Below, piece after piece: positions 23,052 through 32,176 of a DNA stretch of 64,000 nucleotides (the stretch's first letter is position 1; each line of letters begins with the position of its first letter). This stretch comes from Armatimonadota bacterium. Its GTDB lineage: Bacteria > Armatimonadota > UBA5829 > DTLH01. A program made the translations under genes and the position numbers. The stretch covers positions 15,752 through 79,751 of the forward strand of contig JAKPFN010000046.1 in the NCBI GenBank assembly GCA_029551395.1, read 5' to 3'. Below the pieces are notes generated by a model. It did not search any database and was not told where the DNA came from. It saw nothing but the letters and a program-made list of their open reading frames with translations.

Positions 23052-24014
23052 TTATCTAAAAAATCCAAAAAACCGTTTCTTTGGTGTATCGGGTTTAGGG
23101 TCAGTGTCGTAAATCTCTTCAGATTCAGCAGCCTCATCTTTCACAATATCTTTTATTACTACGATCATCGCAGTGATATTGTCATTCCCACCGCGTTCGT
23201 TGGCTGCGTCTATCAGATCCATTGCAGCCTGTGACGGAGCATTGCCAGCTACAATGTCGCGAATATCAGTTTCGGATAAACTGCCAGAGAGTCCATCAGA
23301 ACATAAAACAATTGTATCACCTGGTTGAATCTCCTCTGCAAATACATCCGGTTCTACTACGGGAAGATTGCCAAGAGACCGGGTTATTACATTCCTGAAT
23401 GGTGACAACCGTGCTTCTTCTTCAGTCATGACGCCCCGGCGGACCTGTTCAGCTATCCATGAGTGGTCTTCTGTGATCTGTCTGATGTCTCGACCGCGTA
23501 TCAAGTAAGCTCTGCTGTCTCCAACCTGTACGAAATATGCTGTGTCAGCCCTGATAACGACCGCTGTCAGCGTAGTTCCCATACCTGAGCGTTCGACGAT
23601 CATTTGAGCTGCGTCATAAATTAGCTTGTTGGCATCGAACACCGCACGGGTCAAGCTGCCTACTACATCAGGTGAGGAATCTTCATAATATACCTTAATC
23701 ACCCGCTTGAGTGCCATCTCACTGGCTATCTGTCCGGCTGCATGACCACCCATACCATCTGCAACAGCATAGAACAGGCCTTTATTTGCAAGGATATCTG
23801 GATCTTCAGGCTCGAAAAAGTCGAATTTATCCTCATTGTTTTCCCGCACACAGCCAAGGTCGGTGCGAGCAGCCATTTTTATAACAGGATGGATATGTTT
23901 GGCTCGAGTAGCGAGCTTTTCCCATTCCTGAGAAAGCTCAGAAGGTTGAAGCTCAGCCGTTGTTTCTATGTCATCGCCTGTTACAACAGGTGTTGTTTCG
24001 TTTTCCTGGTTCAT
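23052..24014 (-). CDS. PP2C/Stp1-type Ser/Thr phosphatase
   Basis: RENNED, VADGMGGHAAG, GMGTT, VGDSRAY, CSDGL, GGNDNIT. Confidence 0.96.
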   Translation of the reverse strand: MNQENETTPVVTGDDIETTAELQPSELSQEWEKLATRAKHIHPVIKMAARTDLGCVRENNEDKFDFFEPEDPDILANKGLFYAVADGMGGHAAGQIASEMALKRVIKVYYEDSSPDVVGSLTRAVFDANKLIYDAAQMIVERSGMGTTLTAVVIRADTAYFVQVGDSRAYLIRGRDIRQITEDHSWIAEQVRRGVMTEEEARLSPFRNVITRSLGNLPVVEPDVFAEEIQPGDTIVLCSDGLSGSLSETDIRDIVAGNAPSQAAMDLIDAANERGGNDNITAMIVVIKDIVKDEAAESEEIYDTDPKPDTPKKRFFGFFR

Positions 24015-24029
24015 AATCCAGCCTTTCGT

Positions 24030-24743
24030 TTACATGGAGCCCATTTTAACTACGCGAGTCCTGGTCAAACGGTCGTGAAGCATTCTGCCCTGGCTATCCC
24101 ATATAGCGCAGAAAATCCCAACTATTGAAACAATAGCTGGTATCAAGGACATTAGTCTGAGAATGGCAGCACGATAGTCCAGAGCTTCGCCATTGTAGCG
24201 AACAACGCCTATATCAAGAGAAGCCATTCCAGGAGTCTGTCCATTTTCTGCAAGACTGTGCACAAAATAGATAATCGTACCACCAGTAAATATGCTCCAG
24301 AATAAAACACGCGCCCAAGGCAATTCACCAGCACCAAGTGGCACTGTAGGATCACCGAACAAAAGCCAGAATGCCATCCAGAGTATAGTCAAAGCGCATC
24401 CGAGAATCAGAATGTCGATACCTGCTGCTATGGTTCTAATAAAAAATCCAGCAGGCTCCAATTGTGCAGGGACGACTACAGGAACATCTCTCAGGAGTTC
24501 ATCTTCACTCGGGCGGTCGGCACATTCGTGACAGAATGAATCACCATCAATGAACTCCTCACATGCCTCGCATAACTCCAGACCACAGGCGCGGCAAGTA
24601 CTGACTGCAAAACGCCACGGATGGTTGGCACATACCTGTTCATTGACAACTAACCTGGATTGCAGTCCCCAACCGCACACTATGCACTTTTCAGCGTCTG
24701 GCTCGTTCTCGGCGCCGCATTTTGAGCATTTCATATTCTGCAT
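24030..24743 (-). CDS. RDD-family membrane protein with zinc ribbon and B-box-like domain
   Basis: CSKC..CIVC; CANH..CRAC..CEAC..CHEC; AGFFIRTIAAGID, GQTPG, LHDRLTRTRVV. Confidence 0.88.
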   Translation of the reverse strand: MQNMKCSKCGAENEPDAEKCIVCGWGLQSRLVVNEQVCANHPWRFAVSTCRACGLELCEACEEFIDGDSFCHECADRPSEDELLRDVPVVVPAQLEPAGFFIRTIAAGIDILILGCALTILWMAFWLLFGDPTVPLGAGELPWARVLFWSIFTGGTIIYFVHSLAENGQTPGMASLDIGVVRYNGEALDYRAAILRLMSLIPAIVSIVGIFCAIWDSQGRMLHDRLTRTRVVKMGSM

Positions 24744-24751
24744 TCTGTTCC

Positions 24752-25813
24752 TTAGACAGTGAATCTGAATGACACCTGAGCAAATGTTACCATATCGCCG
24801 TCGTTTAACTGGCGAGGTTGGTTTGGTTCCAGCTTTTCTCCATTAACAAATGTTCCATTGGTACTCCCGATATCGGTCAGCGTAAACGTTCCATCTTCTG
24901 CTGTTATCACAGCATGGCTGCCGGAGACATATGGATCTGCAATAGCTATTTTATTAGTCGGTCTTCTGCCAATAGTATTCTCGCCAGGATGGATTTGAAT
25001 AACATCTCCACCAGCCTCAGGTATGAGTCTGGCCAGTGAAGGTTCTTCTTCGTGTATCTCGACAGGCTGAACCGGTTCTTCAAGAGATTGTTCGGGTGTT
25101 GCAATAAACTCCGATTCAATATCCTGGCCGATTGACATTTCTACCTCTACAGATTCTTCAGCAGCACTCTCCTGAACCTGTTCCATTTCAACAGGCGGAT
25201 TCATCGGTTCTTCTGCAGCTTGCTCTACGGCAATCGATTCTTCAGAATATTCTTCTAACTCTTCAGCTTCTTCGACTTCCCTTGCTGATTCGGCTGAAGC
25301 GATTGCCTGGTCACTAGCCGGAGCTTCAAACCTGAGCACTGTCGACCCGAACCGAATCTCCATCCCTGAAGTCACTTCCACTGGCTGGCCTGGTTCAACC
25401 TTCTTATCACCTGCATAAGTCCCGTTGGTACTGCCAATGTCTTCCAATAAGTACTTACCATCTGCGACAGTAATCTTTGCATGCCTGCGGGAGACTGTAG
25501 GATGCATAACAAGAACATCGGTATTCTCTCTGCCTATCGTGTTTTCTCCCGGATTCAGAGTAAATTCACGTCCGCCGGTTGGTTCAATAAGCTTGGGCAA
25601 GGCCGGAGCAGGCTCAGGTGATTCTACAATCTCTTCAGGTGCTGATGAAAGCAGAAAACCACAATCAGAACAGTACTGCTCTCCTGCTGGTGTGGTAGTC
25701 TTGCAAATCGGACAGGTAACGCTAACGGCCATTTGAGTGGCTTCCACACCCGGAGCAGGCATCATCTGCGTTGCATTATCGTTTGCGAGTTGAGTTTTTT
25801 CGATATCGTTCAT
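24752..25813 (-). CDS. Zinc-ribbon + tandem FHA-domain protein with acidic linker
   Basis: CPIC..CSDC; FHA1 IGR..VSRRHA..GSTNGT; FHA2 IGRR..VSGSHA..GSTNGT; GGAG SD before ATG 25813. Confidence 0.92.
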   Translation of the reverse strand: MNDIEKTQLANDNATQMMPAPGVEATQMAVSVTCPICKTTTPAGEQYCSDCGFLLSSAPEEIVESPEPAPALPKLIEPTGGREFTLNPGENTIGRENTDVLVMHPTVSRRHAKITVADGKYLLEDIGSTNGTYAGDKKVEPGQPVEVTSGMEIRFGSTVLRFEAPASDQAIASAESAREVEEAEELEEYSEESIAVEQAAEEPMNPPVEMEQVQESAAEESVEVEMSIGQDIESEFIATPEQSLEEPVQPVEIHEEEPSLARLIPEAGGDVIQIHPGENTIGRRPTNKIAIADPYVSGSHAVITAEDGTFTLTDIGSTNGTFVNGEKLEPNQPRQLNDGDMVTFAQVSFRFTV

Positions 25814-25855
25814 GATTATCTCCATAGAACCGGTTACGCTCAGTAAGCCGATATT

Positions 25856-27226
25856 CTATTTAGCTCCTTTGCCTCTGTCGAGATTGTAGATGGTGCCGAC
25901 AAGCGTCTTTTCAACACCAGCGCCCTGCTTGATGTTGTCGATAGCCTGCTGAATCTCCTGTGCCTGCAGTGTTTTGCCTTGCTGGACAAGGATAGACATT
26001 GTCCTTTCGAGCTCCTGGACTGCTGCGGCTGGTGAAATCTGCTGGGTGCGCATTCCCATAACTGTCCGCTCGAGATTTCTGGACGCAAGCGCAACTTCTA
26101 TCTCCCGCTGAACCTGCTGGTTGACGTTTGCAGCAACCAGAGCTTCATCTGGTGTGAACTCAAGGACTACATCCTCTGTAAGCCGTTCAGCCCGGCCTGT
26201 AACTGAATCATCGTAAGTAACCTCAACCCTGGCAACCCGATAAGTGCCTGCAGGTCTGGGGCCAAACTCAAGTTCAACGAGCGCGCTCTCAGCGCTGCCT
26301 CTTTCAACGTCCGGCAGAGTAGTCTCAGCAGTTCGATTGCCGAATGTAGGCAAGTGACCATAAATCTGTCTGACCTGAACCCATCTGGAAAGGTTGATTC
26401 TCAGCTTTAGGTTGCGGGCAACCACCGTCATCAGAGTCTCAAGTTCTTTTCGGAAGACCTCAGGGATTAAATCAGGCCGGGTGATGTAGTAATAATTACC
26501 TCCAGCCTTTCGCGCGATTCCTGCCAGAAGTTCTTCATTGTATTCGTTGCCGAAACCGAGTGCTGTGATTGTTATACCTCGGCTTTTTTGCTCACCGACA
26601 AGCCCTACGATGGAACTGAAGTCTTTGATACCGGCAGTTGGGTCACCATCAGTGAAAAGCAAAGCACGGTTAACGTAATTGCCGGAATAAACGCTTGCTA
26701 TCTGGCTTGCACCGGCAGCGATGCCGTCGAAAAGGTTGGTGGTATTTCCTACATCAAGCCTGTTGATATGTTCCTTGATGAGCGCCTTGTTAATTACCTT
26801 TCGAGCAGGCATTATAACCTCTACACGCTCTTCAAATGCAACGATGGAAAGAACATCGTTTGGTTCCAACAGGTCTACAACGTAACCACAGGCACGTTTT
26901 ACATATTCAAGAGGCTCGCCTTCCATCGAACCGCTGCGGTCGATGATAAGACACAGATTGAGCGGCATCCTTGCGCCACCCATCACATTACTTGCCATAA
27001 GACTGACAAGCAGATGCTCTCGCGATGCGCGAGTGGAAAGCGCATACTTATTACCTGGAATGCACTGGAGAGTGATACCCTTTTGCGGTGGGCCTACCAT
27101 CTGAGTTCTGGCAGGATCGAAACCTCCAGGACCAGTCATCTGCGTTTTATATGGGTCCTGCTGCCCAAAATTGCCTACCTGTGTGCGGTTGTTGTCGAAC
27201 GGCGGAATCATTTGTGTGCTATCCAT
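25856..27226 (-). CDS. vWA (MIDAS) domain protein
   Basis: PLNLCLIIDRSGSM, GNTTNL, LFTDG, LGFGNEYNE; low-complexity TQ-rich N-terminus. Confidence 0.92.
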   Translation of the reverse strand: MDSTQMIPPFDNNRTQVGNFGQQDPYKTQMTGPGGFDPARTQMVGPPQKGITLQCIPGNKYALSTRASREHLLVSLMASNVMGGARMPLNLCLIIDRSGSMEGEPLEYVKRACGYVVDLLEPNDVLSIVAFEERVEVIMPARKVINKALIKEHINRLDVGNTTNLFDGIAAGASQIASVYSGNYVNRALLFTDGDPTAGIKDFSSIVGLVGEQKSRGITITALGFGNEYNEELLAGIARKAGGNYYYITRPDLIPEVFRKELETLMTVVARNLKLRINLSRWVQVRQIYGHLPTFGNRTAETTLPDVERGSAESALVELEFGPRPAGTYRVARVEVTYDDSVTGRAERLTEDVVLEFTPDEALVAANVNQQVQREIEVALASRNLERTVMGMRTQQISPAAAVQELERTMSILVQQGKTLQAQEIQQAIDNIKQGAGVEKTLVGTIYNLDRGKGAK

Positions 27227-27294
27227 ATAATGCCCTCATCATTGTTGGTTGCAGGTCTTGATAGACTTGTATTAATGCTATTTTAGGAATAAAA

Positions 27295-28761
27295 CTACGC
27301 TTCAAACCTAAACTTCGTGCTTCCTATCTGCACGGTATCACCGGTTTGCAGTATATGCTGGGTGATACGGTTGTTATTGACATGAGTGCCGTTGGCGCTG
27401 CCCATATCGTAAATAACGAACTGGCCACCTTCGTTTACGATTCTTGCATGTTGCCTGGATACCGTATTATCGCTGCTTAACGATATAGTCCTATCCGACT
27501 GTCGGCCAATGGTTGTTTCCCCAACGAGTATCAGATTGAATACCTGATTTGCAAACGGTCCTGATATTGCAGTAAGTCTTGGTCCAGAACCTGCCTGTGT
27601 GCCTGCATTCAGCCCAACGGTCGGTTCCGAAATTGGTTGTGCAGCCTGCGTAGCTACAGTAGCCTGCATTGTTTGTTCTGCAGCAGTGTTGTTAGGCTGC
27701 ATAGGCGGCGGGCTGCCGTTAACTGAACAAGAGCAGTTACCTGAAGCATCTTTAATGCTTCCACAGAACGGGCAGATGTGCTGAGATGTTGGAATTCCCG
27801 ATCCTGCTGTGCCGTAAAGGTCGTTCGACCTTGGGATTACTGACCGTGTTGCTTTATCTCGGAACAGCAGCTTTGTCATGCCTATCTGGATAATATCCCC
27901 ATCCTTCAGCGTGTGCTGTTTGACCTTCTGCCCGTTGACAGATGTTCCGGCAAGCGTATTCAGGTCATGTAAAACATGCCTGTAGGGGTCTGCTTTTATC
28001 AGGAAATGCCTTGGTTCAACATCCGGGTCGCCGAAGATCGGTATATCAACCAATTCATCCCTGCCGACAACAGTTTCAGGCTTATACACCAGGAATTCCT
28101 TACCTTCATTACGGCCTTTCAGATGAACAATAGAAGCCCGCTTGGTCACTTCTTCTATGAAACCGATGAATAGTCCTGCGGAACCTGCAGTAATCATGAA
28201 ACCAATCATTCTCAATAATTGCAAAGGAACGCTAAATATCCATAGGATTTGAAAAACAAACCCACCTACTGCACCACCGATGAATCCTCCGACAGCACCG
28301 TTGATCATTTTCTTGGTAGACTCGGTTGAAAGTCCTTGTGCCAGACCTGTAAAAAGCCCAATTAGCGCCCAGCCTGCTGTGCGGCCTATTAAGACAATAA
28401 TAAAAGTCAAAGTATTTGGTGGGGCATCAGGATCATAACCTGAAAGCTTCAAAAGCGGTATATAGATCAACTGGTTGCCGAGAGAAAGCCCTAATGCACC
28501 GCCGACAGCGCCAACAGCAAGTCCAATAAATATGCTCTTGTACGCATCTTTCCGAGACACGCCGGACAATGCTTCGGCAAGCCCCAGCCCAAGGCCAAGA
28601 AACATGCCAAAAATCCCGCCGAGCGTTATCATCTGTGGGTATGTTAAGTCTCTATTACTCATATCACCGGATGGTGTAAGTGCCTCGATTGGTTCTACGA
28701 TTATCCAGGCAATCAATCCACCCAGTGCAGCGAGTATAAGATATCGAGCAATTCTTGCCAA
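27295..28761 (-). CDS. Polytopic membrane protein with two C-terminal FHA domains
   Basis: Gly-rich TM helices, then VGRDE..H..T and IGRQ..VSRQHA..GSANGT. Confidence 0.9.
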   Translation of the reverse strand: MARIARYLILAALGGLIAWIIVEPIEALTPSGDMSNRDLTYPQMITLGGIFGMFLGLGLGLAEALSGVSRKDAYKSIFIGLAVGAVGGALGLSLGNQLIYIPLLKLSGYDPDAPPNTLTFIIVLIGRTAGWALIGLFTGLAQGLSTESTKKMINGAVGGFIGGAVGGFVFQILWIFSVPLQLLRMIGFMITAGSAGLFIGFIEEVTKRASIVHLKGRNEGKEFLVYKPETVVGRDELVDIPIFGDPDVEPRHFLIKADPYRHVLHDLNTLAGTSVNGQKVKQHTLKDGDIIQIGMTKLLFRDKATRSVIPRSNDLYGTAGSGIPTSQHICPFCGSIKDASGNCSCSVNGSPPPMQPNNTAAEQTMQATVATQAAQPISEPTVGLNAGTQAGSGPRLTAISGPFANQVFNLILVGETTIGRQSDRTISLSSDNTVSRQHARIVNEGGQFVIYDMGSANGTHVNNNRITQHILQTGDTVQIGSTKFRFEA

Positions 28762-28785
28762 TAGTTAGTCTCCAACTGACAGTTA

Positions 28786-30114
28786 TCAGACTTCGAATCT
28801 GAACTTGGTACTTCCTATCTGTATTTCATCACCAGGCTGCAACTGATGCCTTCCGGTGATGCGCATTCCATTGACATAAGTTCCGTTTGAACTGCCTTCA
28901 TCGGTGATTGTAAATGAACCGTTTTCCTTTGCAATTCTTGCATGTCTACGGGAAGCAGTATTGTCCTCTGGTAAAGCTATCTCATTGTCTGGGTCACGCC
29001 CTACAATAATGCTGTCACCAGATATCTCGAATATTCTGCTGGAATATTGACCTTGAGTGCCTATCAACCTGGGTATTCCGATGGTGCCAGATGCAGGTGT
29101 GGCGGAAGATTGTGCATCTACACTGCAGGCACAATTGCCGGTTACAGGGTCTTTTCTCTGACCGCAGAACTGGCAGATATTTGGATCTATATGCTGTTGA
29201 GGTTCTGCTGCAGGGACAGTTCCGGCATCAGCAGTATCTTGTGGGAATTGCACTCCCAGCTTCCTCAGGCTGCTTTCAAAGCTGCCGCCTTTGGCTTTGA
29301 TGATAACATAACCGATGAATCCTATCATCCCGATGATAGCAAGACCCATAATATACTGCAGCCAGGCAAATGATGGTTGATCATCCTTTTTTGCTTTCGT
29401 AGGAGCAGGTTCGCCGTCCTCACTTACCGCAGCAGAATCGCTTGAAGCCATAGCAGTCTTTACCTTTACAGTTCGGACTTTACCTGCTACTGGAACTTCC
29501 TCGACATAAATAGGCTCATCTCGTTCAGTCGGGATTTCAAGGTCAACCGTCATCCTTCGAGTTCCGTTGTATTGAACTTCGACACTGACAGCGCCGGCGG
29601 CAATATCATGAAACTCTGCGACTCCTTCTGACAGTGGGTCCACAAGAACCGTAAAAACATCCGAGTTGGCATCGGTCAGCGTTACGACAGCAGACTCTAA
29701 TCTCTCGTTTTCTTTGCCACTGGTTGGTTTTAGGACAACCTGAACAGTGCGGACGAGGTCGAAATCGGTATCTTTTAACTTGAGGTCTTTCTTATCCTGT
29801 AGATTCTCCAGATTTTTGGCTGCTACATTGCCGGTTTTCGGGTTGTAAATCTTCAATGTGCCCTTTGGGAGCTTGCCTTCGACAGCGGTGAGTGCCAGAT
29901 CGATGTTTGTATCGGCTCCGGCAGCGTGGACAGGGGCATTTAGCTTGATTTTGCCTGCTTCATCTTCCAATTCAAGCCAGTAGATGTAACTGCCTTTCTC
30001 CGGGAATGTAACTTCAATGGTAGGATCAGCAATTAATGCGGTTGTCAGAAAGGAGAATGCAATTACAATCAGAACGGCTACTGCTTTTTGTCTCATATAC
30101 TCATCCTTTATCAT
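28786..30114 (-). CDS. Single-pass membrane protein: extracellular beta-rich domain, TM, Cys motif, cytoplasmic FHA
   Basis: Signal-like N-terminus, TM WLQYIMGLAIIGMIGFIGYVII, VGRD..ASRRHA..GSSNGT; ATGA overlap with nnr stop (alternative start 30096). Confidence 0.88.
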   Translation of the reverse strand: MIKDEYMRQKAVAVLIVIAFSFLTTALIADPTIEVTFPEKGSYIYWLELEDEAGKIKLNAPVHAAGADTNIDLALTAVEGKLPKGTLKIYNPKTGNVAAKNLENLQDKKDLKLKDTDFDLVRTVQVVLKPTSGKENERLESAVVTLTDANSDVFTVLVDPLSEGVAEFHDIAAGAVSVEVQYNGTRRMTVDLEIPTERDEPIYVEEVPVAGKVRTVKVKTAMASSDSAAVSEDGEPAPTKAKKDDQPSFAWLQYIMGLAIIGMIGFIGYVIIKAKGGSFESSLRKLGVQFPQDTADAGTVPAAEPQQHIDPNICQFCGQRKDPVTGNCACSVDAQSSATPASGTIGIPRLIGTQGQYSSRIFEISGDSIIVGRDPDNEIALPEDNTASRRHARIAKENGSFTITDEGSSNGTYVNGMRITGRHQLQPGDEIQIGSTKFRFEV

Positions 30115-31661
30115 TCGTTATCAGCTCCAACTTCCGCAAGTGCTCTTGGGAGCAGCGGCAGAAGGTCAGTGGCCGAAACACCGGCGTCACCTATCTTATC
30201 CTCTGTTAATTCACCAGCCCTGCCGTGTAAATAGACACCACAGATTGCAGCATCTAATGGTTCCAGCCCCTGGGCGAGGAGTCCGACGATTGCACCAGTA
30301 AGTATATCACCAGTTCCCCCGGAAGCCAGCGCAACACTGCCGGTAGAATTGATCCATGCTTCACCGGAAGGAGATGCAATCACGGTTGAAGCACCTTTGA
30401 GCACCATAGTAACGCCAAATCTTTCAGCCGCATCCTGAGCAGCCTTCAGTCTGTTAGACTGTATGGCTTCTACTGGGGTTCCTGTGAGGCGAGACATCTC
30501 ACCAGGATGAGGAGTTAGGATGGCAGGTGATTTGAGCCTGCTTAGTACGGTTGTATCCTCTGCGATGGCATTCAAACCGTCTGCATCGATAACCATCGGT
30601 TTGTCGATTTGTGGAAGCAGTTCATGAATAAAAGCGATTGTCTCAGGATTCTTTCCAATCCCAGGGCCGATGGCGACAGCATCACATCTGTCAATCAGTT
30701 CCAGTGCTTTATCAACTGCAGAACGAGAAAATGATCGGTCTGGGGTTTCAGGAAGTGGAACAGTCATCGCTTCAGTTACTTTTACCTCAAGAATGTCGTT
30801 CAGACTCTCGGGTACGGCCAGTGTGACTAGTCCAGTTCCGATGCGGACGGCAGACATTGCAGACATTGCCGCAGCACCGGTCATACCAACAGAACCAGCA
30901 ATGACTGCAGCGTGCCCAAATGTGCCTTTATGAGCGTCAGGCGGCCTTGCGGGCAGCCGCAGGAATACATCCTCTTCTTCTGTGTAGAATGTTGAGATAT
31001 CAGATGATTCTATAGCTGCTTCTGGAATGCCTATCTCGGCGACCATTATCTCTCCAGCACATTCAGCTCCTGGATAAGTAGCAAGACCGATTTTAGGCAG
31101 GCCAAAGGTTATGGTAGCGTTGGCCTGGACGCATCGCCCGCATATCTGGCCTGTATCTGCATCAAGCCCTGACGGCAGATCGACGGCTACAATAGGCCTG
31201 CCGGAGTCGTTGATGGCGTCTATGACCTCACCAGGAAGACCTGTAATCTCTCCTTTTATACCTGTGCCGAACAGTGCGTCTACAATGATGTCGCACTGAG
31301 AAAGCGCTAATCTGAGAGATTCTGCATCTGTAATTGGATTGATTGTGATACCGGTCTTGAGGATAATTTCGTAATTGACCCGCGCATCGCCTTTTATATC
31401 TTCAGCATTTCCTGCGAGGAAGACTATTACCTCTGCGCCGACTTCATGAAGATGCCTTGTAACGACAAAACCGTCTCCGCCATTGTTGCCGCGGCCGCAA
31501 ACTATTCCGACACGATAACCTCCGACTTCCATGAGGACATCGTAAACGAAATCGAACGTCCTGAGGCCGGCATTTTCCATCAAGATGATACTCGGGACAC
31601 CGAACTCGGCAGTGGCTCGCCTGTCTAACTCTCTCATTTGTGCTGCGGTTGCAATTCTCAT
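30111..31661 (-). CDS. nnr: Bifunctional NAD(P)H-hydrate epimerase/dehydratase
   Basis: LMENAG, GRGNNGGDG, DALFGTG, VDLPSG, HKGTFG, DADGL, TPHPGEM, GGTGD. Confidence 0.96.
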   Translation of the reverse strand: MRIATAAQMRELDRRATAEFGVPSIILMENAGLRTFDFVYDVLMEVGGYRVGIVCGRGNNGGDGFVVTRHLHEVGAEVIVFLAGNAEDIKGDARVNYEIILKTGITINPITDAESLRLALSQCDIIVDALFGTGIKGEITGLPGEVIDAINDSGRPIVAVDLPSGLDADTGQICGRCVQANATITFGLPKIGLATYPGAECAGEIMVAEIGIPEAAIESSDISTFYTEEEDVFLRLPARPPDAHKGTFGHAAVIAGSVGMTGAAAMSAMSAVRIGTGLVTLAVPESLNDILEVKVTEAMTVPLPETPDRSFSRSAVDKALELIDRCDAVAIGPGIGKNPETIAFIHELLPQIDKPMVIDADGLNAIAEDTTVLSRLKSPAILTPHPGEMSRLTGTPVEAIQSNRLKAAQDAAERFGVTMVLKGASTVIASPSGEAWINSTGSVALASGGTGDILTGAIVGLLAQGLEPLDAAICGVYLHGRAGELTEDKIGDAGVSATDLLPLLPRALAEVGADNE

Positions 31662-31742
31662 AGCAATGATTCCAACCTCTGGTGCCTTACACCACGACGG
31701 TTTTCAAGACCGCTCTCATTTGTGCTGTAGTTGCAGTCTTAT
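31631..31742. repeat. Imperfect direct repeat of the first ~30 nt of nnr (31631-31661 and 31713-31742)
   Basis: CTCTCATTTGTGCTG identical in both copies, followed by cgGTTGCAattctcat vs taGTTGCAgtcttat. Confidence 0.8.
31668..31713 (-). pseudogene. tRNA-Ser(UGA) fragment (anticodon arm, variable arm, partial T arm)
   Basis: Minus strand GCGGT-CTTGAAA-ACCGT-CGT-GGTG-TAAGG-CACC-AGAGG-TTGGAAT-C; no D arm or acceptor stem. Confidence 0.7.
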
Positions 31743-31810
31743 ATTAATTATGGCTTTCGAGAGTGATGTGCAACTATCCTCTATCAAGAGGCAATATGCA
31801 GTATGAATAT

Positions 31811-32176
31811 TTATTCGTCACAGGCCATCAACAGCGCTGTTGCCGTGGCGTAATATTTGGAATGTGACATAGTAATCATAACCAGGCAGCCTTCAGTCAA
31901 ACGTTGTGCCAGACCGGATAATCGGACTTCAGGTTTGCCCTGCGATCCATTGATTATCTCGACATCCTGCCAGGATAATGATCTTCCTATTGCTTTTCCC
32001 ACAGCCTCTTTTGCTGCGAATCGAGCCGCAAAATGCGGATAACAATCCTTTCTTGCTTTGCAGTAGTCGATTTCAACAGGTGTGAACACTCGCTTCGCAA
32101 AGCGAGGCGTATTATCTATCACCCATGCGATTCTGTCTATTTCTATAATGTCGGTTCCAATACCAATAACTTGCAT
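31811..32176 (-). CDS. acpS: Holo-ACP synthase
   Basis: GIGTDIIEIDRI, FTPVE, AARFAAKEA, GKP, TMSH. Confidence 0.96.
   Translation of the reverse strand: MQVIGIGTDIIEIDRIAWVIDNTPRFAKRVFTPVEIDYCKARKDCYPHFAARFAAKEAVGKAIGRSLSWQDVEIINGSQGKPEVRLSGLAQRLTEGCLVMITMSHSKYYATATALLMACDE

Noticed and set aside
26588-27286. Long antisense or alternate-frame ORFs in the track (e.g. 26588-27286 +, 40687-41319 -, 57678-58220 -)
   Set aside because: They are shadows of well-supported genes on the opposite strand and show no motifs.
31668-31713. Functional tRNA gene
   Set aside because: No acceptor stem, D arm or 3' T-stem strand; reported only as a fragment.
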